Below are positions 30,008-40,629 of a stretch of 64,000 bases of DNA, piece after piece. Source of the stretch: an uncultured Comamonadaceae bacterium (GTDB lineage Bacteria; Bacteroidota; Bacteroidia; Flavobacteriales_D; Sanyastnellaceae). The position numbers were made by a program, and so were the translations under genes. The stretch is from positions 1,248 to 65,247 of the forward strand of contig CAZYPV010000007.1 in the NCBI GenBank assembly GCA_964649515.1, given 5' to 3'. The notes beneath the pieces were generated by a model that was not told the DNA's origin, searched no databases, and worked only from the letters and a program-made list of their open reading frames with translations. The stretch's first letter is position 1; every line of letters starts with the position of its first letter.

Positions 30008-30559
30008 ATGTCACGAATAGGAAAAGCGCCGATACCTTTGGCAAAAGGAGCAGAAATTACCGTTTCTGGATCTCTAGTAAAGGTAAAAGGCCCAAAAGGC
30101 GAGCTGGAACAAGTACTTGATCCAGCGATTTCAGTCGAAGTCAAGGAAAATGAAATTATTCTTGATCGTGCTAACGAGTCAAAAGACGTTAGAGCGAAAC
30201 ATGGTTTATATCGTTCCTTGATTAACAACATGGTTGTTGGTGTGACTGAAGGATTCAAAAAGGAACTCGAATTGGTAGGGGTTGGTTACCGTGCTAAAAC
30301 ATCCGGGCAACGCTTGGAATTGGCATTGGGTTACAGTCACCCAATCATTATCGAGCTTCCAAAAGAAATTAAAGTAGATGCGGTTTCTGAGAAAGGTAAA
30401 AATCCAGCAGTGATTTTGGAATCTCATGACAAGCAATTGATCGGTATGATTGCCTCAAAATTGCGTTCGCTTCGTAAACCTGAACCATACAAAGGAAAAG
30501 GTGTGCGCTACAAAAATGAATACATCCGTCGTAAAGCGGGTAAAGCAGCTGCTAAATAA
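30008..30559 (+). CDS. rplF: 50S ribosomal protein L6 (uL6)
   Basis: 183 aa with MSRIGKAPI and KGKGVRY. Confidence 0.96.
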   Translation: MSRIGKAPIPLAKGAEITVSGSLVKVKGPKGELEQVLDPAISVEVKENEIILDRANESKDVRAKHGLYRSLINNMVVGVTEGFKKELELVGVGYRAKTSGQRLELALGYSHPIIIELPKEIKVDAVSEKGKNPAVILESHDKQLIGMIASKLRSLRKPEPYKGKGVRYKNEYIRRKAGKAAAK

Positions 30560-30568
30560 TATTGAATT

Positions 30569-30922
30569 ATGGCAATGTCTAAAAACGAGCGTCGCGCAAA
30601 GATCAAGAGACGCGTTAGAAAAAATGTTCTTGGAACTACTGAGATCCCTAGATTGTCGGTGTTTAGAAGCAATAAGCAGATTTATGCTCAAATCATTGAC
30701 GATTCAACAGGAACAACATTAGCTTCTTCGTCTTCTTTGAAGATGGAAGGTGCTGATAAGGTAGCGAAGTTGGAACAAGCAGCAATGGTCGGTAAAGCAA
30801 TTGGCGAAAAGGCGAAAGCAGCAGGGTTGGAAACCGTTGTTTTCGATCGTAACGGATACCTTTACCACGGACGTATTAAACAACTTGCAGATTCAGCTCG
30901 TGAAGCTGGATTGAAATTCTAA
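30569..30922 (+). CDS. rplR: 50S ribosomal protein L18 (uL18)
   Basis: 117 aa with [18 protein letters not shown] and [13 protein letters not shown]. Confidence 0.96.
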   Translation: MAMSKNERRAKIKRRVRKNVLGTTEIPRLSVFRSNKQIYAQIIDDSTGTTLASSSSLKMEGADKVAKLEQAAMVGKAIGEKAKAAGLETVVFDRNGYLYHGRIKQLADSAREAGLKF

Positions 30923-30928
30923 ATCAAC

Positions 30929-31447
30929 ATGGCAAAAGAGCAACGTTCAATTCGGTCAACAGAGACCTCAGAACTAAAAGATAGACTGGTTGGTATCAAC
31001 CGTGTAACCAAGGTGACCAAAGGTGGTCGTACCTTCAGCTTCAGTGCTATTGTTGTTGTAGGTGATGAAAACGGTGTCGTAGGACACGGTCTTGGTAAAT
31101 CAAAAGAGGTAACCACCGCTATTTCTAAAAGCATCGATGATGCAAAGAAAAACTTGGTGAAAGTTCCCGTAATCAACGGAACCATTCCTCACAAGCAAGA
31201 AGCACGTTTCGGTGGTGCTCACGTAATGATCAAGCCTGCTTCTTCAGGTACCGGTGTTATCGCTGGTGGTGCAATGCGTGCAGTCCTCGAGAGTGTAGGT
31301 ATTACTGATGTACTTGCAAAGTCTTTAGGGTCGTCTAACCCACACAACGTGGTTAAGGCTACCATGAAAGCACTTGGCGAATTGCGAGATGCAAAACAAG
31401 TTGCTAACTTGCGCGGCATTTCAGTACAAAAGGTTTTTAACGGATAA
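30929..31447 (+). CDS. rpsE: 30S ribosomal protein S5 (uS5)
   Basis: 172 aa with [15 protein letters not shown]. Confidence 0.97.
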   Translation: MAKEQRSIRSTETSELKDRLVGINRVTKVTKGGRTFSFSAIVVVGDENGVVGHGLGKSKEVTTAISKSIDDAKKNLVKVPVINGTIPHKQEARFGGAHVMIKPASSGTGVIAGGAMRAVLESVGITDVLAKSLGSSNPHNVVKATMKALGELRDAKQVANLRGISVQKVFNG

Positions 31448-31459
31448 TACAGAACCACG

Positions 31460-31639
31460 ATGGGAAAAGTAGTTATTACTCAGGTTCGTAGCGCTATCAA
31501 TCGCACTAAGCGTCAGAAAGCTACGATCCAGGCACTTGGGATTAAGAAACTCAATGTACCTGTAGAAAAGGAGGCAACCCCACAGATTATGGGAATGATC
31601 CGTAAGGTAAACCACCTTGTTAAAGTTGAAGAAAAATAA
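31460..31639 (+). CDS. rpmD: 50S ribosomal protein L30 (uL30)
   Basis: Not in the ORF track because it is 59 aa. My own translation is [59 protein letters not shown], in the expected position between rpsE and rplO. Confidence 0.9.
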   Translation: MGKVVITQVRSAINRTKRQKATIQALGIKKLNVPVEKEATPQIMGMIRKVNHLVKVEEK

Positions 31640-31654
31640 TTTTAAACCATTATC

Positions 31655-32101
31655 ATGGAATTAAACAACCTAAAGCCAGCGGCTGGTTCAACCAAGCAGC
31701 GCAAGCGAGTTGGTCGAGGTGAGGGATCTGGACACGGTGGAACTTCTACACGTGGACACAAAGGTGCCAAATCGAGATCAGGTTATTCAAGTAAAATAGG
31801 TTTTGAAGGTGGGCAAATGCCACTTCAACGTCGTGTGCCTAAATTCGGATTCACCAACAGAAACCGCGTTGTGTACAAAGGCATCAATGTTGACACACTT
31901 CAAGAACTTGCCGATAGAAAACAATTGACCGAAATCAATCCTACCATTTTGGTGGAGAACGGTTTGGCGAACAAAAAAGATTTGATCAAAATCTTGGGGC
32001 GTGGTGAATTGTCAGCGAAATTGTCTGTTACTGCTCATAAGTTCTCTGCGTCAGCGCAGAAGGCGATTGAAGAGAAGGGTGGCGAAATCAAATCACTCTA
32101 A
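31655..32101 (+). CDS. rplO: 50S ribosomal protein L15 (uL15)
   Basis: 148 aa with GRGEGSGHGGTSTRGHKG. Confidence 0.96.
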   Translation: MELNNLKPAAGSTKQRKRVGRGEGSGHGGTSTRGHKGAKSRSGYSSKIGFEGGQMPLQRRVPKFGFTNRNRVVYKGINVDTLQELADRKQLTEINPTILVENGLANKKDLIKILGRGELSAKLSVTAHKFSASAQKAIEEKGGEIKSL

Positions 32102-32113
32102 ACTTAAATCACC

Positions 32114-33460
32114 ATGAAGAACTTTATCCAGAAAATCAAAGACATCTTAAAACACGAGGAGTTGAGAAGAAAAATTCTCATCACTTTGGGCTTTATCTTG
32201 ATCTATCGTATCGGGTCGCACATCGTGCTTCCTGGGGTGGATGATAAAATCTTGGCAGAAAGCATGGCCTCTGATGGAGGTGGTGGTTTGGCCGGATTGC
32301 TCGAGCTCTTCACCGGTGGCGCTTTTACAAGAGCTTCCATTTTTGCACTGGGAATCATGCCCTACATTTCTGCATCCATTATCATGCAGTTGATGGGAAT
32401 CGCTGTTCCTTCAGTACAAAAAATGCAAGCAGAGGGAGAAAGTGGTAGAAAAAAGCTAAACCAATGGACGCGTTTCCTAACCATTGCCATTACCTTGGTA
32501 CAGGCACCTGGTTACCTCGCGTCAACTGTTGTTGCACAAACGGGAGCCGTGGCTAACGACTCAATGCTCTGGTGGACCACCTCTGTGGTGATTCTTACTG
32601 CTTCAACTTTGTTCATTATGTGGATGGGTGAGAAAATCACAGACAAAGGAATCGGTAACGGTATCTCTTTGTTGATCATGATCGGTATCATCGCGTCTTT
32701 CCCTCAAGCACTCATTCAAGAAGGTACTTTGAGTTCAATCTATTTCTTTTTGATTGAAATCGCGGCCTTGTTGATCGTGATCGGGGCTTGTGTGGCACTT
32801 GTTCAAGGGGTACGTCGAGTTCCTGTTCAAACCGCTAAAGCGGCTCAACAAGGAGCAACACATCTTCCTACTGGTGCTGGAAAGAGAGATTTCATTCCAT
32901 TGAAGGTGAACTCTGCAGGTGTAATGCCAATCATTTTTGCTCAAGCAATCATGTTCGTGCCTTTGTACTTGCAGCAAACAGAAACGTTTAAAAATAGTGA
33001 AGTATTAAAGAGTTTGGCTGATTTCAATGGTCTTGCTTACAACTTGGTATTCTTCCTAATGATTGTTGTGTTTACATACTTCTATACAGCAATTACAGTG
33101 AATCCAAATCGTATGGCAGATGATTTGAAAAAAGGAGGCAATTTCGTCCCTGGGGTGAAGCCCGGACGAGCAACTGCCGAGTTCCTTGATGCTATTCTCT
33201 CGAGAATTACACTTCCAGGATCAATCTTCTTGGGACTCATTGCTATCCTTCCTGCCATCGTGATGGCAGTGAGTTTGACAAAAGCCCAAGGTTTTGCGAT
33301 CTTCTTCGGTGGGACTTCCTTGCTGATTATGGTAGGTGTGATTTTGGATACACTACAACAAATTGATAGTTACTTGTTGTCACGCCACTATGACGGATTG
33401 ATGAAATCTGGAAAAATGCGTGGTAGAACATCAAGTCCTGTAGACGGTATATCTGTTTAG
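32114..33460 (+). CDS. secY: preprotein translocase subunit SecY
   Basis: 448 aa with about 10 TM segments. It follows rplO. Confidence 0.96.
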   Translation: MKNFIQKIKDILKHEELRRKILITLGFILIYRIGSHIVLPGVDDKILAESMASDGGGGLAGLLELFTGGAFTRASIFALGIMPYISASIIMQLMGIAVPSVQKMQAEGESGRKKLNQWTRFLTIAITLVQAPGYLASTVVAQTGAVANDSMLWWTTSVVILTASTLFIMWMGEKITDKGIGNGISLLIMIGIIASFPQALIQEGTLSSIYFFLIEIAALLIVIGACVALVQGVRRVPVQTAKAAQQGATHLPTGAGKRDFIPLKVNSAGVMPIIFAQAIMFVPLYLQQTETFKNSEVLKSLADFNGLAYNLVFFLMIVVFTYFYTAITVNPNRMADDLKKGGNFVPGVKPGRATAEFLDAILSRITLPGSIFLGLIAILPAIVMAVSLTKAQGFAIFFGGTSLLIMVGVILDTLQQIDSYLLSRHYDGLMKSGKMRGRTSSPVDGISV

Positions 33461-33465
33461 TCCCA

Positions 33466-34254
33466 ATGGGAAAAGGTAAGGTATACTACAAAACAGAAGA
33501 TGAAATCGGTTTACTCCGAGAAAGTTCTTTGCTTGTTGGTAAGACTTTGGCTGAAGTGGCCAAGTTGATCAAACCAGGGATAACAACCTTGGATCTTGAC
33601 GCAGTTGCGGAAGAGTTCATTAGAGATAATGATGCTGTGCCCGGATTTAAAGGGTATGGAGGATTTCCCAATAGTTTGTGCACTTCAGTTAATGCAGAAG
33701 TAGTTCACGGAATACCGAATGATCGTCCGCTTGAAGAAGGCGACGTGGTTTCAGTAGACTGTGGTGTGTTGAAAAATGGTTTTTATGGTGACTCTGCTTA
33801 CACCTTTGCCGTTGGTCAAATAGCTCCTGAAGTTGAAGCTTTGCTTCGAGTAACAAAAGAGAGTTTGGATTTGGCCATCGAACAAGCGGTAGCGGGGATG
33901 AGAATTGGCGACATCGGATACGCGGTTCAAAATCACGCCGAAAGCCATGGATACGGAGTAGTAAGAGAATTGGTGGGACATGGACTCGGTAAGAGTTTGC
34001 ATGAAAGCCCAGAAGTTCCTAACTACGGTAGAAGAGGCAATGGAATGAAATTGCGCGAAGGATTGGTGCTGGCCATTGAGCCAATGATCAACCTTGGTGT
34101 GAAAGAAGTTCGCCAAGCGGAAGATGGGTGGACCATCGTAACCGCTGATGGATTGCCCAGTGCACACTTCGAACACGATGTGGTTATCCGAAAGGGTAAA
34201 GCAGAAGTCTTGTCGACATTTAAATGGATTGAAGAAGTTTTAAAAGAGAAATAA
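33466..34254 (+). CDS. map: type I methionine aminopeptidase
   Basis: 262 aa with a pita-bread fold. Metal-ligand context includes DVVSVD, HGLG and LAIEPM. Confidence 0.94.
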   Translation: MGKGKVYYKTEDEIGLLRESSLLVGKTLAEVAKLIKPGITTLDLDAVAEEFIRDNDAVPGFKGYGGFPNSLCTSVNAEVVHGIPNDRPLEEGDVVSVDCGVLKNGFYGDSAYTFAVGQIAPEVEALLRVTKESLDLAIEQAVAGMRIGDIGYAVQNHAESHGYGVVRELVGHGLGKSLHESPEVPNYGRRGNGMKLREGLVLAIEPMINLGVKEVRQAEDGWTIVTADGLPSAHFEHDVVIRKGKAEVLSTFKWIEEVLKEK

Positions 34255-34259
34255 TAAAT

Positions 34260-34481
34260 ATGGCGAAACAGGCCTCGATTTCCCAAGATGGGACCATTAT
34301 AGAAGCATTATCGAATGCGATGTTTAGAGTAGAGTTGGAGAACGGACACGTGATCACAGCTCACATCTCTGGAAAGATGCGAATGCATTACATCAAAATT
34401 CTACCGGGAGATCGAATTAAAGTTGAAATGTCGCCCTATGATTTGACTAAAGGAAGGATAACCTTCAGATATAAAAAGTAA
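34260..34481 (+). CDS. infA: translation initiation factor IF-1
   Basis: 73 aa with an S1-like fold. Motifs are FRVELENGH and RITFRYK. Confidence 0.96.
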   Translation: MAKQASISQDGTIIEALSNAMFRVELENGHVITAHISGKMRMHYIKILPGDRIKVEMSPYDLTKGRITFRYKK

Positions 34482-34483
34482 AG

Positions 34484-34600
34484 ATGAAAGTACGTGCATC
34501 ACTTAAGAAGCGTTCAGCTGACTGTAAGATTGTCCGAAGAAAGGGCCGTCTTTATGTAATCAACAAAAAGAATCCAAAATTTAAACAACGTCAGGGTTGA
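34484..34600 (+). CDS. rpmJ: 50S ribosomal protein L36 (bL36), zinc-ligand-depleted form
   Basis: Not in the ORF track because it is 38 aa. My own translation is [38 protein letters not shown]. Only one Cys remains. Confidence 0.9.
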   Translation: MKVRASLKKRSADCKIVRRKGRLYVINKKNPKFKQRQG

Positions 34601-34629
34601 TCTCAATCCTTCGTTTAAACGATTGAAAT

Positions 34630-35007
34630 ATGGCTAGGATAGCAGGTATTGACTTACCAAGAAACAAGCGAGGCGAAATCGGTCTGACGTACATTTACGG
34701 AATCGGACGAAGCAGAGCTAAAGAAATTTTGACGGCAGCGGAAGTTGACCTCAACAAAAAAGTTCAAGATTGGGACGATGATGATTTGGCAAAAATCCGT
34801 GGTTTCATTCAAGAGAGCTTTAAAGTTGAAGGAGAGTTGCGTTCTGAAACTCAAACACACATCAAGCGTTTGATGGACATCGGTTGTTACCGAGGAATCC
34901 GTCACCGTGTTGGTTTGCCTTTGAGAGGTCAGCGCACCAAAAACAACTCACGTACCAGAAAAGGTAGAAGAAAAACAGTTGCTAACAAGAAGAAAGCAGC
35001 TAAGTAA
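34630..35007 (+). CDS. rpsM: 30S ribosomal protein S13 (uS13)
   Basis: 125 aa with [10 protein letters not shown] and [12 protein letters not shown]. Confidence 0.97.
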   Translation: MARIAGIDLPRNKRGEIGLTYIYGIGRSRAKEILTAAEVDLNKKVQDWDDDDLAKIRGFIQESFKVEGELRSETQTHIKRLMDIGCYRGIRHRVGLPLRGQRTKNNSRTRKGRRKTVANKKKAAK

Positions 35008-35067
35008 TAATTCGGGGATAAACCCCATCGAGTTCATTATGAACTGAGCACCTGAACAATAAATGTC

Positions 35068-35451
35068 ATGGCTAAGAACGTCAAGAAAAAGAAAAAGGTT
35101 AAAGTAGATGCAGTTGGACAATTGCACGTACAAGCATCCTTTAACAACATCATTATCTCGTTAACCAACAATCAAGGGCAAGTGATCTCTTGGTCAAGCG
35201 CTGGGAAAATGGGATTCCGTGGGTCGAAGAAAAACACACCTTACGCTGCACAAGTTGCCGCTGAAGATTGTGGTAAAGAGGCTTACGAACTCGGATTACG
35301 CAAAGTAAAAGTCTTTGTGAAAGGCCCAGGGGGTGGTAGAGAGTCTGCTATCCGTGCGATCCACAACATGGGGATCGAAGTAACTGAAATCATGGATGTG
35401 ACCCCAATGCCGCACAACGGATGTCGTCCACCGAAAAGAAGAAGAGTATAA
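35068..35451 (+). CDS. rpsK: 30S ribosomal protein S11 (uS11)
   Basis: 127 aa with FNNIIISLT and [12 protein letters not shown]. Confidence 0.97.
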   Translation: MAKNVKKKKKVKVDAVGQLHVQASFNNIIISLTNNQGQVISWSSAGKMGFRGSKKNTPYAAQVAAEDCGKEAYELGLRKVKVFVKGPGGGRESAIRAIHNMGIEVTEIMDVTPMPHNGCRPPKRRRV

Positions 35452-35477
35452 TCGCTGTTAGTTAAAGAAGAAAAGAC

Positions 35478-36083
35478 ATGGCAAGATATAGAGGACCCAA
35501 ATCGAAGATTGCACGTAGATTCCGTGAACCAATCTTTGGCCCTGACAAGGCCCTTGAAAAAAGAGCATACGGCCCAGGTCAACATGGACCTAACAAGCGT
35601 AGACCGAAACAATCGGAATACTCTGTTCAGTTGGCTGAAAAGCAAAAAGCAAAGTATACCTATGGTATTCTTGAGCGTCAGTTTTCAAACATGTTCAAGA
35701 AGGCATCATCTAAGCAAGGAATTACAGGTGAAATCCTACTCCAATTGTGCGAAAGCCGCTTGGACAACACCGTTTTCCGTTTAGGTATTGCACCAACACG
35801 TCGTGGAGCGCGCCAGTTGGTATCTCACCGTCACATCACTGTAAACGGTCAACTCGTGAACATTCCTTCATACCAACTTCGTCCAGGCGATGTAGTAGGT
35901 GTTAGAGAGCGTTCGAAATCACTCGAAACCATCACCAACTCGTTGTCTTCTGGAAACAGTAAGCACGATTGGCTCGATTGGAACACCCAAGCAATGACCG
36001 GTTCATTCCTCGCTGTTCCTACACGTGATCAAATTCCAGAGAACATCAAGGAACAATTGATCGTCGAGTTGTACTCTAAATAA
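35478..36083 (+). CDS. rpsD: 30S ribosomal protein S4 (uS4)
   Basis: 201 aa with [10 protein letters not shown] and an S4 RNA-binding domain. Confidence 0.97.
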   Translation: MARYRGPKSKIARRFREPIFGPDKALEKRAYGPGQHGPNKRRPKQSEYSVQLAEKQKAKYTYGILERQFSNMFKKASSKQGITGEILLQLCESRLDNTVFRLGIAPTRRGARQLVSHRHITVNGQLVNIPSYQLRPGDVVGVRERSKSLETITNSLSSGNSKHDWLDWNTQAMTGSFLAVPTRDQIPENIKEQLIVELYSK

Positions 36084-36104
36084 TCACTAATCCTCGCATT
36101 GAAT

Positions 36105-37097
36105 ATGGCTATTCTAGATTTTCAGAAACCAGATAAAGTAATCATGATTGAATCGAACGACTTCAAAGGTCAGTTCGAATTCAGACCACTGGAACCAGGT
36201 TTCGGTATCACCATCGGGAATGCCTTGCGCAGGATTCTTCTCTCTTCACTTGAAGGATATGCTATCACTTCATTGAAAATGGAAGGCGTGGACCACGAGT
36301 TCGCAACTGTGAAAGGTATTGTTGAAGACGTCACTGAAATGATCCTCAACCTAAAGCAGGTTCGTTTCAAACAACAAATTGCAGATACAGACACAGAACG
36401 TGTGTTGGTAAACATTACTGGACAAGATGCTTTGACCGCGGGCGACCTCGGCAAGTTCACAAGCGCTTTCCAAGTATTGAACCCAGACCACGTAATCTGT
36501 AGAATGGATCCTAGCGTTAAGATCAACATGGAGTTGAACATCACGAAAGGTCGTGGGTACGTTCCCTCCGAAGAAAATAAAGTTGAAGGAGCCCCCATTG
36601 GAACCATCTTCATCGATTCGATCTTTACTCCAATTAGAAACGTGAAGTACTCCATCGAGAACTTCCGTGTGGAACAAAAAACGGATTACGAGAAGTTGAT
36701 CATGGACATCGATTGCGACGGTTCAATCTCGCCAAAAGATGCCCTCCAAGAAGCAGCGAAAATTCTTATCCACCACTTCATGCTCTTTAGTGATGAAAAA
36801 ATCACTCTAGAAAGCGAAGAGAAGGCGGAAACAGAAGAATTCGACGAGACTTCATTGCACATGAGACAGTTGTTGAAAACCAAATTGGTGGATATGGACT
36901 TGTCTGTTAGAGCTCTGAACTGTTTGAAAGCTGCCGATATTGAAACTTTAGGAGACCTCGTTTCTTACAATAAGAATGACTTGTTGAAGTTCAGAAACTT
37001 TGGTAAGAAGTCTTTGACAGAGTTGGAAGACTTGGTTGACAATAAAGGGCTGTCGTTTGGAATGAACGTAGCGAAATATAAATTAGATAAAGAATAA
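36105..37097 (+). CDS. rpoA: DNA-directed RNA polymerase subunit alpha
   Basis: The track starts at TTG 36099. ATG 36105 gives MAILDFQKP. It has an NTD plus a C-terminal helix-hairpin-helix CTD ([10 protein letters not shown]). Confidence 0.96.
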   Translation: MAILDFQKPDKVIMIESNDFKGQFEFRPLEPGFGITIGNALRRILLSSLEGYAITSLKMEGVDHEFATVKGIVEDVTEMILNLKQVRFKQQIADTDTERVLVNITGQDALTAGDLGKFTSAFQVLNPDHVICRMDPSVKINMELNITKGRGYVPSEENKVEGAPIGTIFIDSIFTPIRNVKYSIENFRVEQKTDYEKLIMDIDCDGSISPKDALQEAAKILIHHFMLFSDEKITLESEEKAETEEFDETSLHMRQLLKTKLVDMDLSVRALNCLKAADIETLGDLVSYNKNDLLKFRNFGKKSLTELEDLVDNKGLSFGMNVAKYKLDKE

Positions 37098-37133
37098 GCG
37101 GATAAGTCACTGACTTATTGAACACCTATATCC

Positions 37134-37730
37134 ATGAGACACGGTAAAAAATTTAACCACCTTGGTAGAAAAACTGCTCACCGTCAGGCGATGCTAGCTA
37201 ACATGGCTTCTTCGCTTATTGAACACAAAAGAATCAATACTACGGTAGCAAAAGCAAAAGCACTTCGTCAATACGTAGAGCCTTTGATTACAAAGTCGAA
37301 AGACGATTCAACGCACTCTCGTCGTGTTTGCTTTTCATACTTGAAAAACAAATATGCAGTAACCGAACTCTTCAGAGAAATTGCTCCTAAGGTAGCAACT
37401 CGTGAAGGTGGTTACACGAGAATCATCAAAACGGGCTACCGTCTTGGTGACAGCGCTGAAATGTGCATGATTGAATTGGTTGACTTCAACGAAATCTACG
37501 GAGGGAGTGAGAAGAAAGCTAAAACAAGAAGAAGCAGAAGAGGCGGTGCTAAGAAAGTAGTTGACGCAGCAACTGAGGTTGCAGCAGAAGTGAAAGACGC
37601 AGCGAACGACGCAGCAGAAGCAGTTGCCGATGTAGCATCTGATGCAGCAGAAGAAGTGAAAAATGTAGCAGAAGACATCAAGAACAAAGTTGATGGCGAA
37701 GATGCTGCCGATGATAAAAAAGAGGCTTAA
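37134..37730 (+). CDS. rplQ: 50S ribosomal protein L17 (bL17) with ~78-aa C-terminal extension
   Basis: 198 aa. The core runs [12 protein letters not shown]...ELVDFNE. It is followed by a basic patch and then an Ala/Asp/Glu-rich tail. Confidence 0.95.
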   Translation: MRHGKKFNHLGRKTAHRQAMLANMASSLIEHKRINTTVAKAKALRQYVEPLITKSKDDSTHSRRVCFSYLKNKYAVTELFREIAPKVATREGGYTRIIKTGYRLGDSAEMCMIELVDFNEIYGGSEKKAKTRRSRRGGAKKVVDAATEVAAEVKDAANDAAEAVADVASDAAEEVKNVAEDIKNKVDGEDAADDKKEA

Positions 37731-37755
37731 TCATTGGCCAATTGAAATAGTACTT

Positions 37756-37787
37756 AAAAGGATAGCTCATCAGCTATCCTTTTTTTT
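37756..37787 (+). terminator. rho-independent terminator ending the ribosomal supercluster
   Basis: GGATAGCT (37760-37767) pairs with AGCTATCC (37772-37779) around a 4-nt loop. An A-run precedes it and 8 T follow. Confidence 0.85.
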
Positions 37788-37847
37788 GTTCAATAGGTGT
37801 TGAAATCTTCAAGATGCCAGCATGCTCCTTTCTTCACCTTCAAAATG

Positions 37848-37855
37848 TATCTTTG
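37848..37855 (+). promoter_or_regulatory. candidate -7 promoter box (TATCTTTG), 4 nt from the carA ATG
   Basis: The sequence reads TATCTTTG-cccc-ATG(37860). Confidence 0.4.
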
Positions 37856-37859
37856 CCCC

Positions 37860-38975
37860 ATGCAAAAAGAGAATCAGCAGTCTGCAGTCCTTGTTCTGGA
37901 AGATGGAAAGGTCTTCCATGGAAAGGCAGCCGGAATCCTCGGGAAAACCAGCGGTGAAATCGCCTTCAATACGGGTATGTACGGTTATCAAGAGATATTT
38001 ACCGACCCGAGTTACCTCGGTCAAATTTTGATCATGACTACGGCGCACATCGGTAATTATGGCGTGCACCCTGATGAAGTAGAATCTGAAGGACTGAAAA
38101 TCGCTGGTGTGGTTTCAAAAAAGTTCTCTGAAATTTATAGTAGAGCCGCAGGAAATGCGTCTCTTCAAGATTACTTGGAGAAAGATAAAGTGGTTGCCAT
38201 TTGTGATGTTGATACGCGCGCGCTCGTGAGGTACATCCGAGAAAAAGGAGCAATGAACGCCATCATTTGTAGCGACGGAACACCCATCGACGAACTCAAA
38301 GAAGCGGTAAAACAGGTTCCTTCTATGGAGGGCTTGGAGCTCAGTTCACGGGTGTCCACCAAGGAGGTGTATTCGGTTGGAGATGAACATTCAGCGGTGA
38401 AAGTAGCTTTGCTCGATTTGGGAGTGAAAACAAACATCGTACGCTGCCTTACTGAACGCGGATGCCACGTTACTGTTTATCCAATGAGCACACCGCCCGA
38501 AAAAATCTTAGCAACGAATCCGAGTGGAATCATGCTTTCGAACGGACCAGGAGATCCGCAAGCCATGGTTGAGACCATTGAGAATGTGAAGGTGCTGATC
38601 GATTCCAAAACACCCGTTTTCGGTATTTGTCTCGGACACCAAATCATTGCCTTAAGTCAAGGACTTAAAACGGAGAAGATGTTTAACGGACATCGTGGAG
38701 TAAATCACCCCATTAAGAATCTCCTCACTGGAAAATGTGAAGTAACGTCACAAAATCACGGCTTCGTTGTAAACCGCGAAGACGCTGAGAGGCGGGAAGA
38801 CATTGTAGTCAGTCACGTGCACTTGAACGACGGTACTTTGGCGGGGATTCGATTGAAGAATGCTCCGGTATTCTCCGTTCAATACCACCCAGAAGCATCT
38901 GCTGGACCGCACGACAGTAGATACCTCTTCGATGAATTCGTGGAGAACATGAAATCAACAGCAATACATCACTAA
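37860..38975 (+). CDS. carA: carbamoyl-phosphate synthase small (glutaminase) subunit
   Basis: Start at ATG 37860 (MQKENQQSAVLVLEDGKVFHG). The track starts at GTG 37797. It has the GATase triad context FGICLGHQ and QYHPEAS. Confidence 0.94.
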   Translation: MQKENQQSAVLVLEDGKVFHGKAAGILGKTSGEIAFNTGMYGYQEIFTDPSYLGQILIMTTAHIGNYGVHPDEVESEGLKIAGVVSKKFSEIYSRAAGNASLQDYLEKDKVVAICDVDTRALVRYIREKGAMNAIICSDGTPIDELKEAVKQVPSMEGLELSSRVSTKEVYSVGDEHSAVKVALLDLGVKTNIVRCLTERGCHVTVYPMSTPPEKILATNPSGIMLSNGPGDPQAMVETIENVKVLIDSKTPVFGICLGHQIIALSQGLKTEKMFNGHRGVNHPIKNLLTGKCEVTSQNHGFVVNREDAERREDIVVSHVHLNDGTLAGIRLKNAPVFSVQYHPEASAGPHDSRYLFDEFVENMKSTAIHH

Positions 38976-38984
38976 AGAAATTAA

Positions 38985-40265
<1,281 letters not shown>

Positions 40266-40292
40266 GAAGGCACTGATAAAAAAGACACATTT

Positions 40293-40330
40293 AAAGCCCT
40301 GGAGCATATCGCTTCGGGGCTTTTTGTTTT
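40293..40330 (+). terminator. rho-independent terminator after eno
   Basis: AAAGCCC (40293-40299) pairs with GGGCTTT (40317-40323). A T-rich tract TTTTGTTTTT follows. Confidence 0.65.
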
Positions 40331-40629
40331 TGATGACGGAAGAAACCTTCAAACAGAGACAGATCGTTCTATTCGTGGGGTGAAATTGTATTGCTGACCT
40401 TGATCCCTTGCCCTTTTTCTAATGTTGGTGTCAAGAGAAAATCTTGATTTCCCATGAAGGGATTTCATAAGGAGAAGAACAAAATGACTTCTTTGATGAT
40501 TGATAGGTAGGGTGATGGGCAATTGGTTTGTAAAAGAGATGTTGGAAGCCTAAGCATCATCTTTCGCTTTCAGTGGAAGCAAGTTGAAACCTTTTGTTCT
40601 TGTAGAACGCCAAATTTAATTGAATTCCT

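Noticed and set aside
40331-40629. Possible ncRNA, riboswitch or small ORF in the long eno-to-orphan-gene spacer
   Set aside because: Only 16-18-codon ORFs are present, without signals. I could not see a convincing stem-loop architecture or a known riboswitch core. It is left as plain 5' regulatory DNA.
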